From Eledone cirrhosa (Eukaryota), in NCBI GenBank assembly GCA_964016885.1, contig OZ024743.1, positions 368,032,001-368,096,000 of the forward strand: 64,000 bases of DNA, read 5' to 3'. A program made the position numbers and the translations under genes. Positions 52,001 through 64,000 of the stretch are shown here, piece by piece. A model generated the notes under the pieces. It ran no database searches. It had not been told where the DNA came from and saw nothing but the letters and a program-made list of their open reading frames with translations. Each line of letters starts with the position of its first letter. The stretch's first letter is position 1.

Positions 52001-53264
52001 ACTCTGGCAGTGGGACTCCTTGAATCTTCCATGTCTACTGCCATGTGTCCTATCCTTTTCTTAACTCACTTAAATTTGAATACAATATAAAGATATTTTT
52101 CAGTCTTCTCCAAATTCTGAAGATTTGAATGTTTTACTGCCTATTAACAGAATGAATTGGAATTTTATTTTCCAAATGTAGAAACTACCTTACATTGCTT
52201 TTATAGCCACAAACTACAATGTTGAACAGTCATTTTCAAAGCCCAAAAGGATTTTCAAACTAGACAATAAACATTCTGGGTTAAAGCAGATAGAATTGTT
52301 TTGCTCTAATAAACATTGAACATTAACTTCTGTGGAAATAGATCCTTTCAGTATCGCAAACAACTTTGCTCTTGGTAAATGTCAGGCATAGTGTCTTATT
52401 CAGGCATCAAATTTGAGTGATTGTTTCTGATGTAAAGTTTTGATGTTAATAATTATTGTAAATATTATATATCTTGTGTCATCACCAAAGTAATTTGCAA
52501 GCTTTAATGTAATTTAAGAGGGTTCATTTGAAAACAAATGCTACAGGCCTTATATTACCATATTTGATAGCATATAAGACTCCAGACATGTAAGATTCCC
52601 CCATTTTTGCTTTCAGCAGTGAATATTAAAAATAATTATTTTTATATTTAAGCATTTTTTTTACTATTAGCTACAATATAACAAGATATATTGAACAAAA
52701 CATGCAAGTGGGACAACAGTAAAAATCATTTTAATAATAATAATATTTCTGTAATTTACAAGAGGGAATAAACAGTTTAGCTCTAGCAGAAAACATTTTA
52801 TATCAACACACTCCCAGTAGAGATGAAAATCATACAACGAGAACAGATACTTAAGGTAAAAAATCATACATGAATGCAATAATAAAACTTGGCAAGAAAA
52901 ACCAAAAATACTTTTAACTATAGCAATAAACATTTTAGACAAAGCAAGTATAGTTAAACAGGAAATTAGACAAGAGCAAGAGTCGTTTGCAGTGAAAATG
53001 TTGTTGTTATTTTGACTATTAGAATTATTATGTATGGTTTGCACAGTGAATATGATAATTACTGAATAATCTGCTGCCTATCAAGTTCCAACAAGGACCT
53101 TTGACAGTATTTAGTTGAGTTTATGGGTGTTCTTTTGAGGAATTTGTAAATCAAGGTCTATTTATTTAAGGTACTCTTCTTAATTTTAGAGATATGGAAC
53201 CCAAAACTCGTATAGCAACTGGAATTTTGATGTTAGGTCTATTGACATTTGTGCAGTTATTATT

Positions 53265-54045
53265 AGCAGATTGGCAGTATCGGTAGAGCGTTAGACACCC
53301 TGCTTCATAGCAGAGTTACAGTCCTTTACGTTCTGAATTCAAATCCCACTGAAGTTAGCTTTGCCTTTCATCCTTACAGGGTTGATAAAATAAAGTACCA
53401 GTAACATACTGGGGTCGATTTAATCGACTTTCCCCTCCTCCAAAATTGCTGGCCTTGTGCCTATACTAGGAATAATCATCATCATCATTATTATTCGGGT
53501 GGTAAGGACATTATCAGTAGAGCATTGAACAAGCTTTGCAGTATAAAGTTACATCCCTTTACCTTCTGAGTTCAAATCCTGCTAAGATTAGGTTTGCCTT
53601 TCATCCTTACATGGTTGATAAAATAAAGTACTGGTAATGCACTGGGGTGATTTAATCGCCTTTCCCCTTCCCTTCAGATAGCTGGTCTTGTGCCAAAAGT
53701 AGAAGCTATTATTATTAGGATGGTAGATTGGCAGTTGTTAGTGTCAGACAAATGTATAATACTATTTGTCCTGGCACTTTATTTCCAATTTTGTTGAGGT
53801 CAACTTTGCCTTTCATCCTTTTGGGGGTTCATACAATAAACTACCAGTCAAATACTGGGGTTGATTTAATCGTCTTTCCCTTCCTCTAAATTGCTGGCCT
53901 TATACCAATGTTAGAAAGAATTATTATTATTATCAAAATAAGGATGAAAGGCAGAAGCTCACCTCCGTGGGATTTGAACTCAGAACGCAAAGGACCGTAA
54001 CTCTTTGCCATAAAGCATAGTGTACAATAATCTACCGATACTACC
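53265..54045. mobile_element. Cluster of four Deu/Nin-like SINEs (three + head-to-tail, one - partial)
   Basis: Core gcctttcatcctt at ~53363, 53595 and 53808; tails (att/cat)n at ~53470-53495, 53707 and 53920; inverted head 53940-54045. Confidence 0.85.
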
Positions 54046-54959
54046 ATGAATCATAAACACATGTAACTATGTGTTGTTCATTACTCCTTTAACAAGAATC
54101 TGGTAGAGATTATGTTTAGGCTATTACTACAATAGCAGGAACAATAGCGTGACCAGGTTAATGTTATTCATACTGGCTTTTAGCAATTTTTATTTATAAT
54201 CTGCATCTTTCATTAACACTGATTTGGTATTGCTATTATATAGTCTAATCTTAGTCCTTAGACCTTGACCTTCCAATCAACTGATGTTCTAGTAGCTTTA
54301 GTAAACCTTTCTTAGATGTCCTTTTTGCTTTGCTGACATTAAGATTTCCTAGTTATGTAAAGTCCTTTACATAGTCTAGTGGCTCACCATTAGCAGTTTG
54401 GTTAATAGTTTATGCACATAATTTATATTGTTGAAGTATTGATGTTAAGGCTTGTCTGTTTGTTCAGCCTGTTAGTTTTCTTCTGTAGATTATCTAAATT
54501 TATGTACAAAAATACAGTAGTTAAACATTACAAAAGGAATCAAATTAGCTTATCAATAAAAGAAAGTATTATATTCTCATGTGTTGTCTTCATAAACAAT
54601 TGATATTTTAACCCTGCATTGGACTGCTGTCCTGTGGGGAGTCTTGTACTTTATCACTTAACACCATAAAAACCAGGATATGCACTGGCCTGATGAGCCT
54701 CCAGGCTTGAGACAGACTTTAAACTTTTTTTAGTTATGGAACCTCCCTCACGAGGCTGAATTGATGTAGTTTTCCTTTCTTCAAGAAGGGTAATAGGTAC
54801 TGTTGCAGTAACCACTAGTTTGATAGTTATTGAAGCCAAGATAATCACCATCTACTACAAAGATTTCAACACAAATGTGATCAAGGCACCCAACTAATTC
54901 ATGACATGCTGCACAAATCAAATTTTAACCCTGAGATAGTTTCTGAAATGACATTGGAG

Positions 54960-55570
54960 TTGCCAGTAGCAAATCATTACTTGCTTAATGGACTTTGTAG
55001 CAGCCTTTGATTGTGTTGATCACAATGCACTCTGGGGTATTATGATCATCTGTGAAGCTATCAAATCTAATTAGGGCATATTACAGCTTTACACAAGGAA
55101 AAGCTTACTCTTACAGTGAAGAATCTGATCCATTTGAAATTTACTCAGGTGTCTGGCAGGCTGTGTTCTATCTTCCAAACTCTTCAACTATGCCATCGAC
55201 TAGATTGTATGTATGTTGTTATGAAAATCAACACAGTCAAGACAATGATTGTATCTGCTGGCATCTTGCCTTTTGGAAGTAGCGAGACTTGTCTTCCAAG
55301 TTGACTTTAGTCTAAATTTGAGATCCATTTAGCTAAAAGAATTCACATCTACCAAGTGCTCATTCATACCATTCATCTGTGTGACTGTGAGATCTGGAAG
55401 TACTTGACCAAGTTTACTCTTTTTTTAATCTTCCATCTTTGCACTTTTGATTTTGTGACAAAAAACAAAATTTCACATCATTGTCAGATCAGTTCCCTTC
55501 AACAGCTCTTACTTAAAAGACATGTTTGTTGGTTTTATCACACATTCTGCTGCCCACAATGTGGTAAGTG
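54960..55570 (+). mobile_element. Very old RTE-like RT remnant
   Basis: DFVAAFDCVDHNALW, KLSNLIRAYY, FEIYSGVWQ. Confidence 0.65.
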
Positions 55571-56297
55571 TCAGTAAGGGTATGGGAGGACACCATTTTC
55601 ACAAAAAATGGCAATAAAAAAAGTTACTGACTGCTAAAAATGTTAAAAGTAATTTATTTTGTATAGCTCACCTTGGTACAAACTATTAGCTGAAGGTCTA
55701 ATCAAGAGTGGCAATCCATATTTTCTGCAGTCCATCTCGCCATTTTCGCCAAACTTTGCATTTATGACCTGTTTATATTTTAGCCCTTTATTTTCATTTT
55801 GATTAAAAGGTGAGTCTTATATTGTATCAAATATTGTAATCTAATCCAAATCTTATAGCAGCATAATCAAAATAATTATCATTTCTATGTTTGCTTGCCA
55901 TCACAGTTGGTGTATTGCATTTGTGTATTACTGTGAAATGTTTTGATGAAAAGTTTTGTGATTTCTGCTCCTTGACCATACATTCTAGGTAGGGAGAATG
56001 GTAAATAATGTTATGACATTCCTACCTTTTTCAAGAATAGTAGTGTTGTAATAAAATATGTATCAATGACTCAACCTTGTAAAGTATGAACTTTACTTTT
56101 CACAACTTGCCAGAATTATAACTTTGAAAGTAAAATTGTATTACCATATTTAAATAAATGTCTTGCTAATTATTCCATACTGAGATCTCTGTTTTGAAAT
56201 TTTATTTAGTATATTTATGGATCTCTATTTAAGAATGTAGATTTTGAGTTAGGTTTCAGGTACAATAAATTTCTTCATATTTTATCTTATATTTCAG

Positions 56298-56438
56298 GAC
56301 CTGTATTTAAGGACGATGATTGTATGGAACCAATCGCTCTCGGGATGGAAAGTGGACAAATATCTGATAGTGACATCTGGGCATCAACATCAGCGAAAAA
56401 GCGATTTCCTGCAATGGCTCGGTTAGGTCATGCTTCAG
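56298..56438 (+). CDS. Coding exon: N-terminal part of an F5/8 type C (discoidin) domain
   Basis: Acceptor tttatcttatatttcag, donor CAG|gtattg, 141 nt, phase 1-1. Reads (R)PVFKDDDCMEPIALGMESGQISDSDIWASTSAKKRFPAMARLGHAS, matching the FA58C signature C..xLGMESG.I.D..I.AS...ARL. Confidence 0.92.
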
Positions 56439-57144
56439 GTATTGTACAATACAATTATTTCTGAAGAATGTATATATATTCATAATAATTGTTTATACCA
56501 TCTTAAAAACATTTCAAATTTATCTAATTATTTTTATTTTGTGTTTTAAATTTCAGTTTTAATTATTTGTTATTCTACAAAAAGACCTTTATATTTCAGT
56601 TGCCAAATAAATCATGAATTAGCGTACATAAATATTTGTATTACTTAATATGTGGTAAAAAGGGAGATAGGCCTAATAACAAAGAAATTAAGATTAACTA
56701 AACAGGACTTAATAAAAGATATAATCAAATCTAGGCAGAGCCAAAAAGAGCCCATTTTATGCATATTGACCAACCCCTTCCAGGATAGTAATATAAATAC
56801 AGTAATTAACATATAGCATAGGTTTCTTAAGGGGGTATAGCTCATATTTTAGGGTTAACGAAAATACATAAGAATTTTAAAAGAAATGAAAGAGTTAATT
56901 ACTAAACAATTTCAGCTGTAATTACATATAATCAAAACACAATTTAATTAGTAATAGATAATTATATAGTAGACTGATAATAACTAAAATTATTCCTAAT
57001 TATGAACTGAATGTTTTAGTAGGTACATAAATTGTATATAAACTCTAAATATACAGAATCTAATTCTTTCTCGTCAGTATTGTTCAGTAATCATAATTGC
57101 CACATCAAGCTATGTGACATGATGGGACACAAAATAAACATAGT

Positions 57145-57260
57145 CACTCACATACGTATACATCATGGATTTCTGCTCAGTTTTTCACCTACCAAATTCA
57201 CTCACAAGCTGGTTGGACACCTAGAGGTTATAGTGGAAGGCATTTATTCCAGGTGCCGGT
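57145..57260 (-). mobile_element. CORE-like SINE fragment
   Basis: Reverse complement ccttccactataacctctagg..accagcttgtgagtgaatttggtaggtgaaaaactgagcagaaatcc. Confidence 0.5.
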
Positions 57261-57599
57261 TGTAATCTATTAACAGAAATTTATTTAAATGTCTGTATTT
57301 AGTGAAAATCCCCAATCTTTTGTTTCAATAGTTCAGTGTATGAGAATCAAACCATGCAAAAACGTTGATGATGATATTTCCCCGTAATACACAGTCCAAT
57401 GTCTTCATTTATTAATGTATTATAATGTACTACACTCCATAATTTCCCAATTGATTTTGAAGTTGTCGAAAAGCTATTAAGTAACCATCACTTAGGTAAA
57501 ATTCTTTACTGAAAATTCATCAGAGAATTGCCTTTGTTGATATAAAACTTGAAATAGTACATTTAATATATATTTATATACATAAAGCAACAAATTTAT

Positions 57600-57604
57600 C
57601 TATA

Positions 57605-57651
<47 letters not shown>

Positions 57652-57678
57652 ATGCATATACGTGTTAATTTATGTATA

Positions 57679-57720
<42 letters not shown>

Positions 57721-57735
57721 AAATATACATACATA
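57600..57735. repeat. Compound (TA)n/(TG)n microsatellite
   Basis: Direct inspection. Confidence 0.9.
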
Positions 57736-59597
57736 TGTATAATTTGTCTTGTATGGTATATTTATTTGCTGTCCAAATATGTCATTAAAAGTTATTTTGT
57801 AAGAAAAAGCTGATGCTAACGAAAATGTATCCATATTATTAACTACAGATTTTCGAAAAAAAGACATTAATCATTATACATTTATACATAAGAACTGAAT
57901 GAAAAGTCAAAAGTAAGAGCAAAATCTTTTACAGGAATCAAGCTCAAGGCATGAATGTTTTGTGTGTTGCACTATAAACACAAACATACTTATTGATTAT
58001 TTAATAACAGGTGTGTCATTCACCACCATCAAGCTGCTGCATGGTTCAGAGCACACACTTGTGCATGTTTAAGATACATGATCTTAATGCCACTTGGACA
58101 ATTCTCTTTAAGCGTAATGTTATTTTATAACCAGTGTTATCTTTTTGTTCGTTAACTAAAAGGAAATCTTATTTGTCACATTTATGTTTCTTCTGCTTCA
58201 CTGCGGTATTGATTTCTCTGAAGATCAACAACAAATTTTACCCAACATTATCTGTCGTCTACTGTATTTTCCAGAAAGAAATGAATTAAAAGATAGCTTT
58301 ATTTTTCTCCCTTCTTTATGAGAATTGCAAATTGCTTTCTCTCATTTCAGAATAATAATAAGAGTGACGGGGTCTATATACCTATCAAATACATGTTTCC
58401 TTGTGGTTGATTGGATGATATACACATTTTCTAATGCGGGTCCAATTAGATCCAAAAATTGATTTAAAATGTCTTATCTTTTTTTTTCAATTTACAGAGA
58501 AATTCGTACTTTCTAGCATGTTTCCATGCTTGGATACTAGATATACATACATATTGGTGCATTCTCAGTTACACATTCTGTATTTATACAGATATGACAT
58601 TATCATATACTTTGGCTGCTAGTGCATTTAATATATATATATATATTTACAATTGATGGTGTATATATATTGTTTTATAATGTGAGTCTGTCTGCCTGAA
58701 ACTGCAAATAAAAATTTGTAATAATCCATTATATCTGTCTATAGTTTTTGATCATAAGTGAAAACATATTTCCTTGTGAATGGCTCTCAGCCAAAATCTT
58801 GAAATAAATATAAAAGCACTAAAGTTCTTGTTTTGGGTAAGGCAATTTAAGTTCTGTAGGTTATTTTTATAATATTGAGAACCAGTAAAACAACTGCTCT
58901 GAAGCTTTTTGACATTTCCTATTAACATTTTGTCTCAGAATTTTAGAAAAATGTTTATATAATATTGTTCTTTTTTTCTTTAGTTCAACCACCGATATGC
59001 ATCTAATGAATCTTCACAACTTCTGAATTTTCTTAATGCATTGTTTCATTTTGCAACCTATCATTTTACATTATTTTTCATGAAGACCTATTATTTGACT
59101 GATATTTATTTTCTACTCATTTAATCTTCAATAACATGATGTCTCTTTAAAAGATCTTGCTATAAAAACATTTTCTTCTGGAGAATTAATTGATAAAGGA
59201 AAAAAATAAAATGATAACATTTTAAACAATTAAAATTGAGGCTTTTAAATACTGCTAGATTACTAAGCTTTGTCTAACATATAATGATGTAAAAAAATTA
59301 GTAAAAGCTGTGATCAAATTTATACATACATCTGTTTAGACAATGACAATTTCCTCCTCAATTTTACGTTGCTTCATAAATTTTCCTTTTTGTAAGTCAA
59401 ACATTTGCTTCTTACTGCTACTTTGAGATTACCTTCTTTGAATATTGTAAGTTTGTAGAAATTACTGGTCTGTAGAATATATATTTTCTTAGAAACATAT
59501 TTCTTTATATGTAGAAATCCCAATATTCTTCATGCCAACTTGGGTTGGGTTTAATCCTAATTGGTCTCAATACAATAAAATTCTATAGCAAGGAAAA

Positions 59598-60808
59598 TAT
59601 TAGGTTAGGCAGAGAGCTCTTGCCGTTTTCCCAAAGGTGGTATTTTGGTAGTTTGCTGGAAATGTTGAAAGTTGTGGATGCACATACATATAAGAAGTGA
59701 TGTTGGAATGCACTCGGTGCATTTCTCATTTTCTGTTACGCTGTCAAAGGGGAAGCAATGTGAATCCATCCAAATTGTTTATTCGTGGCTGTTTACTTTG
59801 ATTTTAAATCTGGCCTAAGTGCAGCAGCATTGAGTAATCACATTAACAATGCATTGACTCACACACTATGTCTAAATACAGTGTTAGGGACTGGTTCACA
59901 TGCTTCTGTTCTGGTAATTACAGCCTTGAAGATTGACCTTGCACAGGATATTTATCTGACTTCAATAGGGAGTAACTGCATGAACTTGTGGAAGCCAACC
60001 CATGCCAGAGATGTGAATTCTCCAAAGTTCTTGGAGCATAAAAAACAATCATCCTCAATCACTTGCATGCAATTGGGAAGGTGTCTGAGCGGGATTAATG
60101 GGTGCCCCACAATCTGATTGATCATAATTGTGAATGTCAGTGGCAGCTGCTATTTCTATGCTTTCCTACCATTGCATAACCAACTGGTTATGCTTCATTG
60201 TTTCTGGTGATTAAAAATGACATCTCTAAATTGTCAAGTGCAAGCAATCATGGGTTGATAAAGTGAGTGCACCACAATTGCAAGCAAAGGCTGGCCTCCA
60301 CCCCTGCATCTGGTGGAACTAGAAAGATGTCTTCCACTAAGAGCTGCTCCCACTGAATACCAGCATAACCTTTGATGTCTATTTCTAACAACTTGACAGA
60401 TTAGCAGTAAAAATTGCATAGGTGCACCTACACCATGGTCCTGTTCCATTCTTTTCTGATAATGCATTGTCGCATCATAAAGGATAACCTGTTAGAAGCT
60501 GCTGGGGCTATGTTGGGAGGTTCTCTCCCACTTGCTGTATTCGCCCAACCTTGCACCAACAGACTATCACATGAGCAATGCAATGGAGTTAAAAATATTC
60601 ATCAATGAAGACCAATTAAATCAATGACTGATGGAATTCTTTGCATCGAAGCCTGAAGAATTCTACTGGGATTGAATAATGTGACTTCCTAAATGAACAC
60701 AAATGATGGCGATTATATTGAGTTGTATTTTTTTAATGTTTCCTAATGTTAAAAAATGCTAAAGTGTTTAAAAATTTGAAAAAACAGAACTTTCTGTACA
60801 ACCTAATA
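59598..60808 (+). mobile_element. Decayed mariner element with both TIRs
   Basis: TATTAGGTTAGGCAGAGAG at 59598 and aactttctgtacaacctaata ending at 60808, ~1.2 kb apart; TILNHLHAIGK (~60050) and LMEFFASKPEEFY..DGDYI (~60630-60720). Confidence 0.75.
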
Positions 60809-63800
60809 GTATAGATATGTTATTGTAATTCATTGTGTAACAAGAAGCGATATAAAGGCTCATTAACTATAACAAATAGTTATTGCCTATCATTTTACAT
60901 TTGTTTTCAATGCTGGTCCTCATAGTCAATCAGATTTTATTTGGAGTTACTTAGTTACTAATGTCAAAGTATCTGATGTAATCTGACATGTTTCAAGAAT
61001 TGAATTTGCAGATAAACAGAAGATTCTCTTTTATGAAATTCGTAAATACCTCTTTTGGGGCTGGTGATAGAAATGTTTTCATCATAGCTGTGGTGACATT
61101 GATAAACTCTGAGATGACTATTCAGGCATGTGTGTGTGTGGTAGATATGGTTCTGACTCGATTAGGGTTGTATTAGGTTTCAATGCAAAGGAAATATATC
61201 TTCAAGACAGACCCCAGAAAACGAATTCACCTAATTTTGGAAATTTTGTAAGTGGCAACCAATCACACAAGAAATTTGCTCATTAACACAGGTTATTGAG
61301 GAATGATCTTGCATTTAATCCAGGAAGGGTAGAAAACCTTGGTCAGTAGGATTATGTGAGATTTGAAATATATGAAGGTCACCTTTCACACATCATTAGA
61401 TTTTTTTTATAAATAGGGAGATGGAAGCAGAAGATATCAGATTTATAATGTTAGAATAGTATGTCAAGTTATAAAAATGCATGTTTGTAGAGAAATTAAA
61501 TAAACAGAATGTCAGACAGGAAATTTACATATCCAAAAAGTTAAAAATTTGAGTGTTTCTTATAAAATTGGCCCAGAGAAAGAAAAATTGTAAATCATTT
61601 TGATTCTAAGTATGTCAATAATTTTTTGGTGTTAAGGAGAAAATGCCTTATAGAATGGTACATATAATAATGTGACAGTAAAGGGAGAGAAACCAATAAA
61701 GGAGTAGCTGAAGAAATAGAAATTATAAAGGAATAATGAATAGAGTAATTAAAAAAAATAATTGGTAACAAAAACAAAAATTAGGGCAAAGAATCAACAA
61801 AGAATTTTACTTTTTTCCTGGTAGGGAAGAAGCCAGTACTCATGAACCTTTTGCAGGACTTCTAAGAATGGTGTGGGAGGAAAATACCATAACTCTTGTT
61901 GTTAAACCAAACTCCTTGTTCTAGGTTAAGTCTACTATACATGCATTTGTAAGGTCCATTAATAGGTTTCCACAGTTTCTGTTTACCCAATTTCACTTAC
62001 ACAATTTGGATCAAATTCAAAACCAATGTAATTACAAAGCAAACTTTTTAAAACCACAATGACTTCACCCGTACATGAAACATGTAAGAGAAGATTATTA
62101 TAATAAATTGAAGTGAAAGCAACTGGTGCGTGTGTTTCTTATTGGCAACATGACCCTCCTAAAGTATAACAACTAAGGGATTAGTTATTGTCAATATCCT
62201 TTAGATTCAGTAATACTAAAGATATAACCAGTGTTGGTTCATAGAAAAGGATATTATATTAAGAACTATAAAGAATGAATGGGTAAGAGGTATAACAAAA
62301 TTTGAAGTAAACTTATTGTTTTCTGTATTGGCAAGGCAATATATTATAATACAGAATAATGGTTGCCTAATGAATAACTACAATATATATTATCTAAATA
62401 TGAGATTTAGATGCTGTTTGAGATCATAGGAATAAAAACCTGAGTATAAGTTAATTTAAATACAAATATCTATATCATAATCCAATTAAAATGAACATAT
62501 ATTTCTTAAAGGAATCACTTGTAATAATGTTCTTTTTTGCTCTTTGTGCCTAATCTCTGTTTAGGATACGAATCATCAATTGTTAGTATCTCTCTAAAAA
62601 TAATAGTTATTCCATTAAGATTTTACTAATTAGTGTACTCTCCATTGTCTTTATACAGTTACTATTGTAAAACTGTGATAGCTCCTAGATCTGTTTTACT
62701 TTACTTGCAACACTAATGCCTTTGAGAAATGTATGAACATTAATATGGGGTGCAACATAACAATTTTGACATACTGCACTCTCTCCACTGTGCTGTCTTT
62801 CCTTGTATGCTCGTATATTCTAGTGGTGGCCATGATAGAGTTCTGGTATAACTGGCATGCTGGTTCTGTGGGTTGTGTGTGCCTTGCTGTTCAGCCATAA
62901 GACTTCTTCAAGACTAATCTGGTATTACACAAATAGACTGATACCCAGGCAGTTTCAAAATGGTATTTAGTAAGTTCTGTTACTTAGATGAATTAATCAG
63001 TGCTACAGGGTGATGGAGGTGTGATATAGCATAGTTTTGGATGTGTATAGAGAGATGTTTAGATTTGTTGACAATAACTGACAAAAATGCCTGTCTCATT
63101 ACATGGTAAATAACTTTCACAACAATTTTAAGATGCCACGTTTTTGCTCAGATTTGTAAATGATTCTTACAAAAATCAAGTTTGTCTTGATTACTAATTC
63201 TTGTTTTAATTAGCTCTTTCAAAAGACTCAGTATTTGAAAATCTAATTTTCATATTTTAGTTCACTTGAAGATATAATTAAATAACAATAATTTTTGACA
63301 ATTACATCTGGCAATTCTTGGTGTAAAGAAACAATTGCTTGCTCCCATATGTATTGTTTGAAAATGATTTTACCTTAATGTAGTAAGATGCCCAAAATTT
63401 TAATACATTTTAAAGTCTTTTAAATTCATTAGTATTTAAAATAGTTCAATATAAAATCAGTAAAATTCCACATAAAAATCTTTTCAGTACTCTAAACACA
63501 CAGTTTGACCTTTAGCAGAAATGTTTGGTATGTTGGTAGCTACTATTTAGCAATAAGTGGTTGGTTGTTATGGTGTTGATTGTTGACGTTGGTCATTGAG
63601 TTGTAGTGTGTTATATGAATTAAGGCGATTGAAAAGTGATCAAGATCAATCATGAGTTGAGACAGACAAAAAAGCCAAAACTGCTAATTTGTATATTTTT
63701 TATTTGTGCTGTGGTATACATCACCAGGTATCAAAATATAACACCTCCAGAATATAGAAAAGGTTTGATATATCTAAGAGTGTTTTGTCAACAGGTTGCT

Positions 63801-63974
63801 AAATATAGTCTTCATAGATAAGAGTATTTTGTGGTGATATGTCAAAATTTTCCAGTGAATGTGAATATGCTGGTGAGTGACTGGCTGTGACAGAGAAAAC
63901 ACCTTTGTTAGCAAAGTACTCTGAACTTTTTCCTTCCCCTTTTAACCCTCTTCTTTATATTACTTTATCTCTAG

Positions 63975-63992
63975 CCTTACCTATATTTCCAA
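63975..63992 (+). CDS. Candidate 18-nt frame-preserving microexon of the same gene
   Basis: Long pyrimidine tract with ttttaac branch-like motif, ctctag acceptor, CCTTACCTATATTTCCAA, then gtaagt donor. In phase 1 after exon 2 it reads (A)LPIFP with no stop. Confidence 0.55.
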
Positions 63993-64000
63993 GTAAGTAG

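Larger units (their letters stand above)
175..56297 (+). other. Predicted ~56.1 kb first intron
   Basis: GT..AG bounded. Joining gives A+GA=Arg and a continuous signal peptide to discoidin reading frame. Contents are mostly decayed transposons. Confidence 0.7.

Noticed and set aside
55731-55809. Possible cassette exon (ctgcag...AAG|gtgagt) just before exon 2
   Set aside because: 79 nt, with an in-frame TAG in the required phase. At most a poison or non-coding exon, and unsupported.
56439-63974. Search for the next discoidin exon (W.P...QWLQ.DL)
   Set aside because: Not found by eye; it presumably lies beyond the window, so the gene cannot be named with confidence.

Overview
AT-rich animal genomic DNA. 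The repeat repertoire (Deu/Nin-type and CORE-type tRNA SINEs, RTE LINEs with (GAT)n tails, CRE, Penelope, Tc1/mariner, Helitron) suggests a coleoid cephalopod such as Octopus; this is inference. None of the short ORFs in the track looks like a host gene. The window appears to be the 5' end of one large + strand gene that the ORF track misses. A signal-peptide exon (93-174) splices in frame across a ~56.1 kb transposon-filled intron to an exon encoding the start of an F5/8 type C (discoidin) domain (56298-56438). A candidate 18-nt microexon follows at 63975-63992. The architecture best fits a Caspr/neurexin-IV-like cell-surface protein; DDR-like is the alternative. Most notable inside the intron: an RTE family with a PHD-type zinc finger inside its reverse transcriptase, an inverted pair of these copies, a template-switch hairpin insertion, a Gypsy element nested in a CRE element, a 28-bp inverted repeat bracketing a SINE/LINE composite, and a decayed hammerhead-like motif. 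I found no prokaryote-type system (CRISPR, operon). Repeat boundaries are approximate unless a TSD or TIR is quoted.
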